A DNA stretch of 64,000 nt from the human T2T-CHM13v2.0 reference genome, Homo sapiens: assembly GCF_009914755.1 (NCBI RefSeq), contig NC_060947.1. One strand, given 5' to 3'. Shown here piece by piece: positions 1 through 17,865 of this stretch. The first letter of the stretch is position 1. Each line of letters begins with the position of its first letter. The notes below the pieces were generated by a model, which was not told the origin of the DNA, searched no databases, and worked only from the letters and a program-made list of their open reading frames with translations. Position numbers and translations under genes: made by a program.

Positions 1-1845
1 GTGAGGACCCTTTTCCCCCGCTTGCTGTGAAAGCACAGATTCATTGACTACAGTACACTGTTGTTCAGAAAAGAAGGCTGCAAATGACTTCTGAGACTTT
101 ATGTCTTTTCTTCCAGACCAAGACCGTAGAAGGAGTCACATCTAGCCGGCTTAGCCAAAGTACAGGTGTATATAGTTCAGGGCACTTGATTTAGATTTGG
201 AGGGGCTGGGGTGGGCAGAGAGCAAGAGGCGAGTAAAGAGAATGGTGGTTTCAGAGATCTCTCTTCCCAAATGTGTAAATATTCTATACCAGATAAGTTT
301 AAATAAGAAATTTAATTGCTGCTTAATTTTTGATTATGTACTTTATCTGTATAGCAGGCTTTGTCGTCAGAAGTTTTTATATCGATTTAAATTGCTGCTC
401 TTTAGCAGCCAAACAGGAGCAAAATGTAAAATTTTTGAACTTACTGTGTCTAATCATCATTTGTTAGTCTGTAGTTAATGTCAACAGTTAATTTATGAAC
501 CCACGATCGTTCCACACTGCACCAAAGTCAGTCATAAGAGAAATCGAATATTCTGGAGCACTGATTGCAGCAGGGTGGCTCCTTTGTGTGCAGCAGGTGT
601 AGTAGTCTTCATTTTCATGGTACGTTTTAATATTAATTACCTAAGCTGCCATGCATTTTTTTTTTTACAGTTCTCAAGGAAGAGCACAGAACAATTTCTC
701 ATTTCATATTTGGAGTATGAAAGTAGATTCTATTTTGTAATGCTGATAATACCTAAAGATGCATTGAATGCTTGGAAGAATGCTTTTTGATGTTGATTTT
801 GACCTGTTCATGATTCAGAAGAAAAACAAACTTTTTTGGATTTTTTTTCCCTCAGGTCTGAGTAGCATTGCCTTAAATCTTATCCAGTTAGAACATTGAT
901 TTATTTACATGATGTTCAGATTTTCCAGTGAAAAATACCCTTCTGAACAAAACATGTACTTACTCTCCGAAAGGCATCTATCTGTGCTATTGCAAACACT
1001 CCTTGAGATTTTAGGGGAATTCTAATGTTGTACCCTTTCGTGGCAGCTTTGACTGTTGGCATAGCCATTTGTTATGTAGTGGTAGCGACTTTCCTGCTAT
1101 GCAGGAATCCCTCCCATGACGTGTATGTTTTACATGATGTGTGCCTCTTCACGCAGTAAATAGTTTCTTGTTAATGTATGTTTGAGGAGTTTGAACGTCA
1201 GTGTCACTTACCCACAAAGTTATTCAAGTTGTAAAAGGTTATACAATAATTTAACAACTACCTTTTTTATTCTGTCGGGTTACTGACCTCACTTTATGTA
1301 AATACTTCGCATGACAAATTCAGTAACTCGTCTATTTCAGCATGCATAAGACTTTTCACTAGGGAAACTGATAAAGCTTGAGTCAACTAAATCTGCCTTC
1401 ATACTTTATCAAGGGGAACCAAGCCTGCTGTGCTTACATCAGCATCTGGAAGACTTTCCTCTCCTCTAATCTGTGTACACATCTCCAAGCAAGGAAGAAA
1501 AAACAAACTCTGCTCAGACGCCTATGAAACACCTGAATGAACTTTGATGAAGTACAGTCTGAGTTACCATCATGCACAAGTAGAACTGCTCTTGGACTTG
1601 TTTTCCTGTTGTTTGTGGAACCTACGCGTTTGAATGGCTTGAACGTTGCATCTTTTAAAGTTATTTTTTAAGGTTTCTTGGCATTTATCCTAGTTGTCCG
1701 TGTTTGGCAATGTGCTGTTAAAGTAATAGACTTTTAATCTTTATGTATTTTTTGTTTTCTCTGGAGTACTTGGACAGATGTTATAGTGGTTTCTTTTAGG
1801 AAAATCTGTCATTAAAAAAGTTATAGCCTTGCAAATAACCACTCA
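1..1845 (+). other. Distal part of a long 3' UTR (terminal exon) of an upstream gene, tentatively SLC9A6
   Basis: Repeat-free, AT/U-rich, no credible ORF. ATTAAA at 1811-1816 followed by U/GU-rich sequence. The gene identity is inferred only from a recalled Xq26.3 layout. Confidence 0.55.
1811..1816 (+). terminator. Polyadenylation signal ATTAAA
   Basis: Canonical variant hexamer ending the UTR-like block, with T/GT-rich sequence at ~1848-1875. Confidence 0.55.
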
Positions 1846-2160
1846 CAGTATTTGAGTCACAGTTTATTTTAGTGAGACGTAAAGAGTGCTGACTTCATTT
1901 ATTTTTCTACCTATATACCTAGTGGAAAAGGGGAAGACTAATGTTTTCAAATAAACAAACAGAAACCTAACAGAACTTAACTTATGGGTTGGCAAATTTT
2001 TGGTGCTTATGTGTAAGGGTGGATGTATTTGCTTATGGTCACAATTGGACTCTTTAGGAAATATGACTCAAAGCTGTCAAATTCTATTACATTGATTTGT
2101 AGCCTGTTAGCTTAGTAATGGATAATGTTATAAAAATGCTGGTATGGGGAAAGAGAATTC

Positions 2161-2224
2161 TATATCCAGTTAGGTGGGAAGGCAGTTCCAAGTATATCCA
2201 GTTAGGTAGGAAGGCAGTTCCAAG
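2161..2224. repeat. 32-bp tandem duplication
   Basis: tatatccagttaggt(g/a)ggaaggcagttccaag x2, 1 mismatch. Confidence 0.9.
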
Positions 2225-3491
2225 TTTGGCTAAAAGCATGATCACACAAATACAAATAGTCCTCCTTCCAAGTTAAAGACACGTCTCTCTGTGCATGAGA
2301 AGTTTTATAGGCTAGAGTCTGCTGACTGCAAGTTTGTCTAGTCCAGCAATGGCACCAACCACACTGTCTGTTGTGTTTTCTTGTCATCCACTCCAGCTTC
2401 CTTGTTTATGGCCCAGTGAGAGACATTGGTGGGGGATGGTCCACACACAACAGGCTCTTTTCTTGAAGGAACCCATGTTTTCTAATTCCCTACACAAAAC
2501 CCTACATTAGATCTGAGCAGGTACAGTTGTTAACCTGACCCAATGCAGGAGTATAATGAGATGAGAGTCCCCGACAGGACGTACGCCACACAGATGATGT
2601 AGTGTGAGGCTTGAAAATAAATTGGAAATGATAATAATAGTTCTCATTTTTGAGCCCTTCTTGGGTACTGGTCATGTGTATACAAGGCATTTTAAAATCT
2701 ATAATCATGCATTGAGGGCACATTCTATCATCCTCAGTATACAGATGAAACTGAGGTGCAGAGAAGTCACACAGCGAGTAAGTGGCAGAGTCAGGACCCA
2801 AGTCAAGTCTGACTCCAAAGCCCAGATGCTTACTATTTTGCTGGCCCCAAAGGCAGGCTCTGCTGATTCATCCTGATTGTAACCAGAAGGATGAAGGGAA
2901 TTGCAGAATTGCTTTCTAGCCTGCTGCCCCCGACCTGCTTGTCATCAGGCCAGGCTAAGGCATGAAGTCTCAGCTCTGTGCCTCCACTTGCTGCTGTGTT
3001 CTTGGCTGTCTTGTTGGCGTTCCCTGGTTGGGAGGGTCCTCGCATTCATAGCAAAGGGCCCTCCAGTGTCTTGTTGGGCCCATGGGCGAGCAGCCTGCCT
3101 AGCAGCATTTCTTCATGCTCTACCTCCCAACATTATCACCAAGGGGCCCGGATTTTATAGCAGAGTTTGCAGTCCTGAACAATGGCTTTGCATCCCCACA
3201 GTTAAGCATAGTAGAAAAAGCCCAGGCTCTGGAGTGACACAGACCTGGGTTCAAACCCAGGCTCTGCTGCTTGCTTATTGTGTAATGTTGACCACTTACT
3301 TCACTGAGCCTTTTAGTTTTCTCAGCTGTAAAGTTAATTCATTCAAGAAATATCTGAGTGCTTACTTTGTGCCACACACAGTAGAGATAGCAGCAAATAA
3401 CTAAACAGTTCCAGCTCTCATGGAGAGTATTCTACGGGAGATGTAGCAATCTCATGGGGTTCTTAGGAATCATTCATGCAGGAAAGACTGA

Positions 3492-4376
<885 letters not shown>

Positions 4377-5884
4377 TGCAGGACAGTATGAGAGGGTACT
4401 GTAATCTGGTGATAAGGGGACTGGGGAAGATTGTCCTGATAAAGTGACATTTAGACCTCAAGTAAGTCAAGGGTCAGCCATGTGAAGCAGGGTGAGGACA
4501 AGGATCATTCCAGGCAGAGCAAACATTGATATTCCACCCGACCTTTATTCAGTCAAAACATTATTGAGTGACAAACACACCACATGCTGTGCTATCCTGT
4601 TTACATACAGTGAGGAATACCATAGACACAGGCCACCCTTGCGGCACTTACAAGTTAGTGGGGAAGACAGTAAGTATCCAACAATTACATAAGCAGAGCA
4701 AGGAGCATCTTGAACCAAAATCTGCCCCCGCAGCATCCTCTCCCTCGCCTCTGTCCCACTGGATCTCTTAGGGCGAGTTCACTCCCTGCTTTTGTGTTGC
4801 CACCTTCAGACATTTGAAAGGAGCTGGTATGTCTTCCCTGAGTCCTTCTGTCCCCATGCAAAACAACCCCATTCCCTTTCTGTCTTCAGGACATCTTCCA
4901 GAAGTCCATCATTCTTTTATGAACGCACCCAAGCGCACACTGGCTTTGTTTCAGTGGCTTCCTCACGTGCTCATCTTACAGTGGGTGGACTGTCCACAGA
5001 AAATCTGAGCCAATAGTGCCCTGCCCTCATAGAGCTTACATTCCAGTCAGGGAAGGCAGACCGTAAATCAACATACACACAAAATCATTCAAGTTGGGTA
5101 AGTGACAAATAGGAAATGAGATAGAGGGTGATGGGTGTGCGGAGGCAGGGTGGTTGTAGGAGGGACATTCAGGAGGTCTTGCTTAAGGGGTAACATTAAA
5201 ACCAAGACCTGAAAGAGCCAGCCAGGCAGAGAACAGTGGAAGAGTGGTGAAAAGGTCTGGTTTGGGGTAGATGCTCACCGCATGTTTGTTGAAAATGAGT
5301 GAAATGCTCTCCTGACCTTTATGGAGCTGGATTTTGAAGTCCAGGGTGGTGGAATAAGGAAGCAAGAGGGTAACAGTCAGGAGGCCTGAGTCCTAGCCCT
5401 GCCTGCCACTAGGCACTTTTAGGAAGCCACTTCAACCTGCCTGAGCCTGTCTCTTCCTTTATAAAATGATGGCAGTTCGCTGAGCTATTACCATGTGCCA
5501 AGCACTGTGGTAGGTACTGGATACTGGTTCCAGCCCCAAGTCACTGCCAGGCCTATTGCGGGGGGATCAGATGAAGTGATGTACGTTGAAATGTTTTGAC
5601 TGGGATTCAGAAGACTGTCGAAACCGAGTTTGAATATTCGCTAAGGTTTGCTGATGAGGTGCTATTTGAATAAAATACGGAAAAGTCTTTGCAGACCATG
5701 CAGCTACTTTGGGCTGCTTTTCTTTGGAATCTCCAGTTTAGCAATTTGGAGGTGCCCCAAGTGGTTGCCACGGTAAACACTGAATTCTGAGAACTGGCTT
5801 AGTTGGGGCTGTCATGGCTGGAGCCCGAACTCCATGAGACCTGGCAATTTCTGGCCAATTCTGCCCAGTGAAAGAACCCTTTCC

Positions 5885-6133
5885 TTTTTTTTTTTTTGAG
5901 ACGGAGGATCACTGCAACCTCCACCTCCCGGGTTCCAGCAATTCTCCTGCCTCAGCCTCTCGAGTAGCTGGGATTACAGGCATGCGCCACCACACCCAGC
6001 TAATTTTTTATTTTTAGTAGTGACAGAGTTTCACCATGTTGGCCATGCCGGTCTTGAACTCCTGACCTCAGGTGATCCACCTGCCTCGGCCTCCCAAAGT
6101 GCTGGGATTACAGGCGTGAGCCACCGCCCCCGG
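5885..6133 (-). mobile_element. AluS with internal deletion
   Basis: Alu motifs, TSD aagaaccctttccttt on both sides. Confidence 0.9.
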
Positions 6134-7264
6134 TTAAGAACCCTTTCCTTTACCATGAACCTGTACTGCAGTTGCAGCTTGAGGAGAGGACTCCTGTCCT
6201 CCGTATCACTGTAGGACACCAGGTTGGCTCATTTTCCATTTGCTGCTGTCTGGTAGGCACTGGGTCCTGCTAAAGAGACACAGCTCAGTTGTGCATGTCA
6301 CTTCTTTTTCAGTGATGAAAAAATGTATTGAAAGCTCTCTGAGCACTTCTTGGAAACAAGGTTTAATTTCTCCAGATTTGTTGGAATTTTGAAGTGGTTC
6401 ACTGTATGTTTAAATACAAATCCTACAAAAACTGCATGAGAAGTATTCAATTTTTGGTTGCTTTAGGAGTCACGAGTCTTTATTGCATGATTTTTTTTTT
6501 TTCTGTTCATTTGAATTTCTTATACAGCTGTGTTCCCATGTGGACTAGGCAAAAAGCATGTGAGCTGTTTTTTCACCAGAAAAAATCTGGAACACTTCTG
6601 TCAGATAATAGAAGTTGCCTGTTTTTTCAATCTTAGAGTTGGTTTCGTGTAAGAAAGCAAGATAATGGCAATTGGACCCCCGATTTTGCCTCAAAATTGG
6701 TTTTTTAACACTTTTTTGAAACTCAACAATCAAAGTTTCATTTGCTGAGGGGAACGAAAAGGTTGATATTTAAACACTCCAGTCAATCAATATTTTGCTT
6801 ACTAACATCCAGTCAATAGACACTGAGAACCTCACCTGGGCTGAGCCCTGGGCCAGGCACTGGGAACGCAGAGGTGACAAAATCATAGCTTCAATTGAAA
6901 AACAAATGCAGCCAATTAAGTAAGAGCATTGCCATTGTATGAAAAGCATTACAAGGGGGGCGCTGAATGAAATTCAGATTCCTCTCCTGCTGCTGCCTAT
7001 GGTGGGCAGAAGAATGGCCTACCCAAAATATCCACACCCTAATCCCTGGAACCTGTGAATATGTTCAGTTACATGGCAAAGAGAATTAAGGATGTTAATG
7101 GAATTAAGGTTGCTAATTAGATGACCTTGAGGTGGGAGTTTATCCTGGATTATTCGGTGGGGGGGGCCCAATCCCCTTAAAGTGGGAGAGCCTTTCCTGG
7201 CTATGGTCAGAGAAAGAGATGTGATAACAGAAGCAGGGTCAGCGAGATGCTACGTTACTGGCTT

Positions 7265-7611
<347 letters not shown>

Positions 7612-7778
7612 TAGAAGCTGGGAAAGGCAAAAAAAAAAAAAAAAAAAAAAAAGGATTCTCCCCTAGAGCCTCCAGAACAAACACAGCCCCACCGTCCCCT
7701 TGATTTTAGTCCAGTGGGATCCTTGTCAGACTTCTGACCTACAGAACCATCAGGTGTCAAGTGAGTGTTGTCTTAAGC

Positions 7779-8228
7779 CAGTGGTCCCCAACCTTTTTGG
7801 GACCAGGGACTGGTTTCATGGAAGACAATTTTTCCACGGATTTGTAGCGGGGGAGAAGGGGGGATGGTTATGGGATGATTCAAGTGCATTATTCATTGTG
7901 CACTTTATTTCTATTATTATTACATTGTGATAGATAACGAAGTAATTATGCAACTCACCATAATGTAGAATCAGTGAGAGCCCTGAGCTTGTTTTCCTGC
8001 AACTAGACAGTCCCATCTGGGGGTGATGGGAGACAGTGACAGATCATCAGGTATTAGATTCTCATAACGGGTGCACAACCTAGATCCCTTGCATGCACAG
8101 TGCACGATAAGGTTCGCCCTCCTAGGAGAATCTAATGCCACTGCTGATCTGACAGGAGGCAGAGCTCAGGCAGCAATGCAAGCAATGGTACTGGTACTGG
8201 TCTGTGGCTTGGGGGATGGGGGCCCCTG
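7779..8228 (+). mobile_element. MER1A-like hAT/Charlie DNA transposon
   Basis: cagtggtccccaacctttttgg...ggcccctg termini, 8-bp TSD t(c/g)ttaagc. Confidence 0.85.
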
Positions 8229-8536
8229 TGTTAAGCTACTAAGTTTGCAGTATTTTGTTATGGCAGCAATAGGAAACTAACCCACTGCCTTTGAGGGAGA
8301 AACTATTGTCTCTGATGCTATTTTATTCTAAGTTCTGCTCTGTGCCAGGCACTGTGTGTAGTGCTGCAGATACTGAACTGAGCAAGACCCAGACTTCAGA
8401 GTCTGGTGGGAGAGACTAGCAGGTATACAGATAACCTTGGTGTGGTGCAATAGGAGACATGATGGAGAAGAGTCCAGGTGACAAATGCCAGGCTGGAGAA
8501 GGTCCTGCCATTTCTCTGACATTAACATTAACCTAG

Positions 8537-9602
<1,066 letters not shown>

Positions 9603-11401
9603 TAGAAAGATCACTTACTGTAGCTACGGTGGAAAGGATGAATTATTTGGAGATGGGTAACAGTGGACACAGAGATGATGGTTAGAAGACTTGGTCAGGT
9701 GAGAGAGAATGGTGGCCTAAGCACAGGAATACAGTAGGGGTCGAAAGGAGGGGACAGATGCAAGAGACATCTGGTTGGTGTTGATTTGGAGACTAGCCGT
9801 AGTGAATGGGTGAGGGGGACAGGTTACAGTGATTACCAGCAACCTGGATTGGGCAAATCAGTGGATGGGGTGGTGGGAATCACAATTTTAGAAGATACCT
9901 ATTAGGACCAAGAGATTGAGAGATGTAGCGGTCAAAGCACAAATCTAAATTTGTTTCTGGATCACTTAGGTAAGGGTAGGTGGAGCCCAATTAAGAAAAG
10001 AGGGGAGGGAGAGGAGGGCTAAGGGCCCCAAACAAAAAGGCTGGGAAAGGATACGAGTTTGAAAAACACCAGGGTTTGCCATCCATTCTCTCATTATAAC
10101 CTAAAAACATCTGGAGCTTTTTGCTATGGGTGGTGTCTGGGGAAAAATAATTGCTTTAACCAAAGTACAATGGATGGAGGAAAAAATAAATTATTTTCCC
10201 TCCTTACGAAAAACAGAAAGCTACAGAAGTTCTCAGGGAATGATGGGTGGTGTTATTAGGAAACTTTCAAATGTACGTCACTCTGGATTTCAGTGTATTC
10301 ACCTCCAGTCTGGCCAGAAGAATGAAAATATATGTTGTGGGCTCTCTAAAACACAGTTTTTAGCATTTTCCAGAAGGGTCAAGGGCCAAGGAATGAATAC
10401 TGGATGTGGAAAGGAAGCCACGGCTAGTTGGCCAGTCTCTTTCTGGTTCTGTGTGGGTTTGCATGCAAGCTAAGAGACGGCTTCGCTTTTTGCTTTTCCT
10501 CAGAAGCTGTTGCAAGAGTTCTCAAGCAAATCCAATCTAGTGTCCAAGCCCTCTGGTATGCTGTTCTCAAACACTGTGTGCCACTAGCTTGCTGAAACAG
10601 TCCGTGCCTGACCTGCTGTCTTTATGGAAATTTGAACCAAATAGCAACTGTTGGGATGGAGGTCATCCAATAGGCATGGATACAAACTTTCAAAATATTG
10701 GGCTTTGCCTCACTAGAAGGAAATCAGCAAGTGACAGTATAACTGAAAAAAGAAAGCTTAGGGGTCTATATTAAGATGAAGGAAACATCTGGTTTTTGTT
10801 TTCTCAACTTTTATTAATTCATCAGAGGTGTGAGTCACCAGTACACTCAGCCAATGTTTCCAAAATGAAGTCCTCATTGCCTCCGGAGTGGCTGGGAAAA
10901 GTCACTTCAGAACTAACTTGAGAGAAAGATGATGGACAAAGAGATGTCTTTTTTTTTTTTTTTTTTAAGAAATGTAGTGCTGGTCCTGATACGTAGAGGT
11001 CTTTCCTAAAATTGCTTGTGTTAAACCCCAATTACATTCCTTCCTCGGCAGGAATTTATTTCTTCACCCAGAAACTGTAGGACTGATGTGCTGACCTAAA
11101 AAACATACATTAAACGCAGAACCTCCCCTTTACCTACAAAGGCAGTCCAGGACAAAGCTGGCTATTCTATGTAACAATGGAGCCCACAGCTCTGCTCTCA
11201 TTACACTGAGCTCTGTTCTTTCTGACCCATTGGTAGGGATGTCAGTAGTGCGATTCCAAACTCTGTTTCATAGGAAACCAATGACTTGATTATACAAATT
11301 CTTCCTTCATTCCTTCTGTCTGATCTAGAAAGTCAGAGGTACATCAGGCATGCTGCCTGCACTCAAGGAGCTCACAGTCTAGTGGTGAAGATAGCCTTGT
11401 C

Positions 11402-11463
11402 ATTAGATACATGGTTTTAGAGCTCAGCATTTATTAGATATGTGGTTTTAGAGCTCAGCATTT
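11402..11463. repeat. 31-bp tandem duplication
   Basis: attagata(ca/tg)tggttttagagctcagcattt x2. Confidence 0.9.
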
Positions 11464-11826
11464 CTAGTTTGTAAATGTAATAGATCAAAATGGCCATTTT
11501 TTTCTTGTAGAGAACTTCATGCCATCTTTTCATTATGCCCTTTAGCAGGATCAATAGCTTATTATTAGATATTTTTGGTATTTCTCTGATTTCTCCACTG
11601 ATTTTATGTGAACAAGCAGCATCTGTGCATGTAGTTTCTGTACCACGCATTTGGAGTCACTTCTAAGGATGAACAGAAGAACTTACAAGGTAAATTAAAA
11701 GCAAAAGTAACTGGCACACTGCTTCTATCTGTGCTGAGCCAGTTGCCACTTCCTCTCCATAACCCTGGTATATTATAGAACTTTTTCTTGTTGTTAGGCT
11801 AAGGAAGAAACGAAAGGGTAGCTTCA

Positions 11827-12102
11827 GGCCAGTGGCTCACGCCCGTAATCCCAGCACTTTGGGAGGCCGAGGTAGGTTGATCACCTGAGGTCAGGAGTTC
11901 GAGACCAGCCTGGCCACCATGGCAAAACCCCATCTCTACTAAAAATACAAAAATTAGCCAGGCTTACTACAGAGGCTGAGGGGGGAGAATCGCTTGAGCC
12001 TAGGAGGTGGAGGTTGGTTGCAGTGAGCCGAGATTGTGCCATTGCACTCCAGCCTGGGCAACAAGAGCGAAACTCTGTCTCAAAAAAAAAAAAAAAAAAA
12101 AA
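11827..12102 (+). mobile_element. AluS
   Basis: Alu motifs, A tail, TSD aaag(gg/a)tagcttca. Confidence 0.9.
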
Positions 12103-12873
12103 AGATAGCTTCAGATACCACTCTAATTATACAGCATCTAGAGTCTGTACTTATAGACAATGATCCAATTCTATATCAAATAAAGCACAAACCAGGTCTT
12201 AAATATTTTAATGACATGACTGAATTCAAATAACAGTGTCTAGTTGGGTAGTTCAGGACAGAAATTTCCAGCTTGTGGGCATTGTAGTTTCTTACTGTAA
12301 GATAGTCTTTATATCGTGTCCCTTGTAGTAAATGAAAACTTCAATCTTTATAAAGAAAATGATGTCATCGGCTTGCCCTTTTCTCTAGTCCCCATCAGAT
12401 TGAATTTAAATATGATACCGGCAAGAACAACAGAGTAAATGATCAGTTTGTGATGCATCTGGTCCAAGGGGGATTATTTTGACAGTCTGTTCTAACCATA
12501 CAAACAATGTTTCCAATAAAAAGTTTTATTAGGTGTTGTCACAGATATAAATGTTTCATAAAGATAGCACTCCAGTTGTAAATCATACTTGAAATCATTC
12601 TAAAGTCACCTCATTAGATACCAAGAAAAACTATGTCTTTCACATAAATTCTGGCCTCGAGTGACTTTAAAAAAAAGGAGCAAAGAATAAAAAAACAAAA
12701 CTCAAGCCCCAGCCATCTAAGGCTGAACTTTAAGAGAACTGACAGGAATAAGAAAATTTCCTTTGTCTGTTTTTGTAATCTTTTTAAGATCATACACTTC
12801 AAACATTTCATTATCTTCCTGGGTCCATCAGATTCTCCAGAAATGATGGAAGTGGAAAAATAATCTAAACTCA

Positions 12874-13243
<370 letters not shown>

Positions 13244-13246
13244 TTA

Positions 13247-13603
<357 letters not shown>

Positions 13604-14209
13604 AAAAACACAGACATGTAACTATCACCACAATCAACAGACGAATCGGGTTCATCTCTCCAAAAACTTCCCCTGTGCCCATTTGTAGTTAATCCCTTTC
13701 CCCACCCTGGGCTTCTGACAACCACTGACATATTTCCTGTCCCTGTAGTTTTGCTTTTTCCAGCATGTCATATAAACAGAAGCATACAGCACATAGCTTT
13801 TTGCAGACCTGCACTTTTGAAATTAATGACATTGTTTTCAGATTATAAAAATAATACATGTTCATTGTGGAAAAAATTAAAATATTTAAGAAATGAGACA
13901 TGAAAATGCTACCCAAAGATAACCATTGTTAACATTTTAGTGAGGCTTCTTCCAGTCTTTTTACTCTATATGCATATGCACCCACACATTCAGAAACTTT
14001 GGAAAATTGAAATCCTACTGTATATAAGATTAACTCTTTCTTGAGAGTGAAAGGCATGAGCCTAATCAATGGGCTGAGGGATAGAAAAGAAACAGGCACA
14101 GAACAAGATGCAGAGGAGTAACTTTCCAGGCTGCCTTTGGAGGCTTGGTGGCCTCTGCATTTGGTTTCCCAGGCTGCTTGCATTCACTTGTTTTAAGCAA
14201 AGACCATCT

Positions 14210-14349
14210 TTTATTTTTTAAAATTGTTTTGTAGGCAAAGGGTCTTGCTATATTGCCCAGGCTGGTTTCAAACTTTTGGGCTCAAGCAATCCTCCTGCCT
14301 TGGTCTCCCAAACTACAGGGATTACAGGTGAGAGCCTCCACTCCTGGCC
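14210..14349 (-). mobile_element. Alu monomer (FLAM-like)
   Basis: Single-arm antisense Alu, flanking ccatctttt repeat. Confidence 0.75.
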
Positions 14350-15109
14350 ATCTTTTTGATTTGGATGCTGGCTTTTTCGTGAACTGAAACAAACACATTC
14401 CCAGGTTGAGTTCGATGCTGGTTCCTCTGGGGACTGACAGTGCCCTGTGCTCCTCAGCTGCAGAGAACTCCTCTCACTACATTAGAATTGTTCATTTATT
14501 TTATCCATCTCCCCCACTAGACAGTAAGCCATAGGCTCAGACACCCTTGTCTCAATCGTCTGATTTCCCCCAGTGTTAGGTATACTGCTCAGCAAAAAGT
14601 AGATACAGGAACCTACCAAGAATGTGAGGGATGAACAAAGGAGCGAATGAATGAACAAACCAAGATCAAACATTCCCTTTACTGGACTAGTGACTGCCAC
14701 TCATTTTCTTCTCTTCTGCTTTACCCACAGAAGAGGAAAAAATACCTTTTTGAGCATTACTCTGGTGGCTGTCACAGAAGGGGTGAATTCTGCTTTCAAA
14801 TGTTTTGGCATTTTTTTGACTCACAGCTACACAACCTGACAAGATAGCCAACTAGCTACTTCTCATGTTTCTGTGGCATGCCTCATGCACTGCTCCATGG
14901 AGCCGACCAAAACCGTATTGGCTGGGAGATGTAAAGTGCCAAAAACGGACCTGGCAAGGAGAAAGAAGAGGCGATCTGCTTGGAGTTGCCATTGGTGGGC
15001 ACACAAACCTGTGAGTGGCTCGTGCGTGCTTCTCCATGGCCATGCAAGCTTTTGCCCTCCCTGCACTTCACAGGGCTGGGAGAGAATGGAAAGTCTATGT
15101 TTAAGATCA

Positions 15110-15416
<307 letters not shown>

Positions 15417-17160
15417 ACAGGATAAGTTGAGAAAGAAGAAGGTAAGGAGAGGGAGAAAGGGAGAATTACAACAACAGAATTAAGGCCATTGTCATTTTCC
15501 CCTTTGATCTGAATCGTCAGCTATTTCCCGCATGTAATAATAATAGCGGTTGTCTCTTGTTGAAGCACCTAATCTGGGCCAGGCACAGGGTTAAGCCCTT
15601 TATAAGCATGGCCTCATCGAATCCACAGAACAACTCTCTGAGCTGAGTGCCATTGCTATCCCTTTCTTGCCGATAAGGAAGGAACTGGGGCTCAGAGTGG
15701 TTCAGCGAAGGTCCAAGATCACACAGCTACTTAGCACAGTGCCTGGCCTACAGTGAACACCCTGTCAATGGTAGCTGTCATGGCGATTATTACTATGATT
15801 AATCATAAGAAATGGCTGGTGCCACCATCGGCTCAAAGCAGACTGAAGTCTCAAGGCCCAAAGCAGGCTCTGAGGTGCAGACTCCCGGGGGCCTGCTCAA
15901 CAGGCATGAGGACCTCGACTTCCCTTTGTGCTTCTTCAAGACTTGGGATGGTGGCTCCTTGGGTGGTGGGGAAAATGATGCCATACTTGTGTCTGGCTCC
16001 TTCTTGGTTCCCACAAATGTCCTTAACATTTTCCATTTTCTGAGTGGCTTTTGTGAAACTGCTCTGATGTGGTTGACAGAACTTATAGTGGGATCCAAGT
16101 CAAGCCTTCCTCCAGAGGAAAGTTGGAAGCCTTTAAGGGTCTTGTCAGTGCTCACGTAGCCCACAGCCTCCTGCCTAGCATTGGCCAAGGCCAAGGCTTC
16201 CCGGCAGTCAGCTCTGGATCACAGCACACTCATTGATTCCTGCGCTGTTTCCGGGGGTGGGAAATCAATCCCCTATCGGCCTGGCTTGGGCTTGCTGGGC
16301 CTTTTCTCCAGGGAGAGTTTCGCTGGGGCCTCTGATCTGCACGTGATGCTCTTCATGGTTCAAGGGCTGTCGTGTCCAACTCAAGATGATTTCCTTTTCC
16401 GTGTTTTCTGCAGCTTTTTTTTTTCAGGACCCTAGAAAAACTTTGAAACTTAAAATTACTCGTGTGCCAGGAATTCCCACAGCCTCCTTGTGAGGGGTAG
16501 GTGAGCACCATATGCTGTTTATACAAAAATAAATGGCTTCCCCCCATGAAGCACATGGGCCCAAATCACTGGCTAACCCCCTTTTTACCTTAGCAGCTGG
16601 AGCAATGGCCCTCTGGATGAGAATGCGTACGCAGATAGAAATTTGGCTCTAAAAAGCCCTGAACAGTTTGTTTGTACAAGAGCTTGGTCTCCTAGAGAGG
16701 CAGGTGGTGGGCAGGCCAGTGTCCCTCTGTGGGACTAGCTGAAGAAAGCAGGAGAAGACCAACATGCAGTGCTGGACAATTACCTTGTCCCTCCCCGGGG
16801 CGGACTTTCAGGGAGGTCACCTCATCTTAATCACCACTTCCCCAACATCATGAGCCCTAGGACTGGGTGCAAAGGAGGGGTATCTCTCTTTTTGAAATTA
16901 AAATACTTGAAGTTATCGCTTCACTTGGGCAATAGATGTCTATTAATTCATTCCTCAAGCAATTATTGAGTACTTACTATGTGCACATCTGAAATTGTAC
17001 CAAGTGCAACTCCAACCACTTGCCCCAGTGCTGACCCAACAACAACACTGGGCCAAAACTAAAAGTTTGGAAGTGATGGAGGCTGCAAGTTGACAGCCTG
17101 GGCAGCTAGAGAGTGAAAGTGTCAGTTGCTGCATTTCGATGGGATTTTATTCAAGCATGT

Positions 17161-17200
17161 ATTCATTCATTCATTCATTCATTCATTCATTCATTCATTC
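17161..17200. repeat. (ATTC)n microsatellite, L2 tail-derived
   Basis: Direct reading. Followed by L2-like tactgtgtgcca...gtgctaggcactaggg. Confidence 0.85.
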
Positions 17201-17560
17201 AACCAAGATTCATGAGTGTCTACTGTGTGCCACATAGTGTGCTAGGCACTAGGGATATCAGAAGGGAGAATGCCAGCTGTAATCAAAGGGAACTTCAGAT
17301 AACAGTAGCTAACATCTACAGAGTGTTTATGTGTGCCAAGCACCATCATGAGATGGCTTCTCTCTTTTAATGCTCATTCCAGCAGTGGCAAGGAGGTCCA
17401 GACAGATGGGGAAACTGAGGCTCAGAGATTTTACTGACTTACTCAAAGTCACATAGCCAGAAAGTGGCAGAAGTTAACTTGCAGAATCCAAGTGAGCCCA
17501 AGGGCCTGAGGTTGTGTTCTTTGCTGGTTACTACACATTACTGTACATTACTGCCTGCTG

Positions 17561-17865
17561 CAGGGATTAGCTAGCTGCAGCCCACAGGTCGAGTCCAGCC
17601 CATTGACTGTTTTTGTGCTGCCTGAGAGCTAAGACTGGTTTTTGTATTTTTAAGTGGTTGTAACAAATCAAAAGTATATTTTGTGACACATGAAAATTAT
17701 ATGAAATTCACATTTCAGTGACCATCAATAAAATTTTATTGGAACACAGCCATGCCCATTCATTCACGTCTTGCCTAAGGCTTTTTCACTACAGTGGTAG
17801 AGTAGAGCAGTGGTGATAGACCTATGGCCCGCAAAGTGAAAAATGCTTACTATCTAGCCCTTTAC
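17561..17865 (+). mobile_element. MER58-like hAT DNA transposon
   Basis: aataaaattttattggaacacagccatgcccattcatt and ggcccgcaaag motifs. Confidence 0.7.

Noticed and set aside
2901-3404. 167-aa ORF and an overlapping signal-peptide-like ORF
   Set aside because: Non-ATG starts, no recognisable homology; the longer ORF runs into MIR/L2-like sequence.
5764-5778. RFX X-box-like gttgccacggtaaac
   Set aside because: Second half-site deviates from consensus and there is no promoter context.
11402-11463. GTTTTAGAGCT twice, resembling a Cas9 CRISPR repeat
   Set aside because: It is a simple 31-bp tandem duplication with near-identical 'spacers', only two units and no cas genes.
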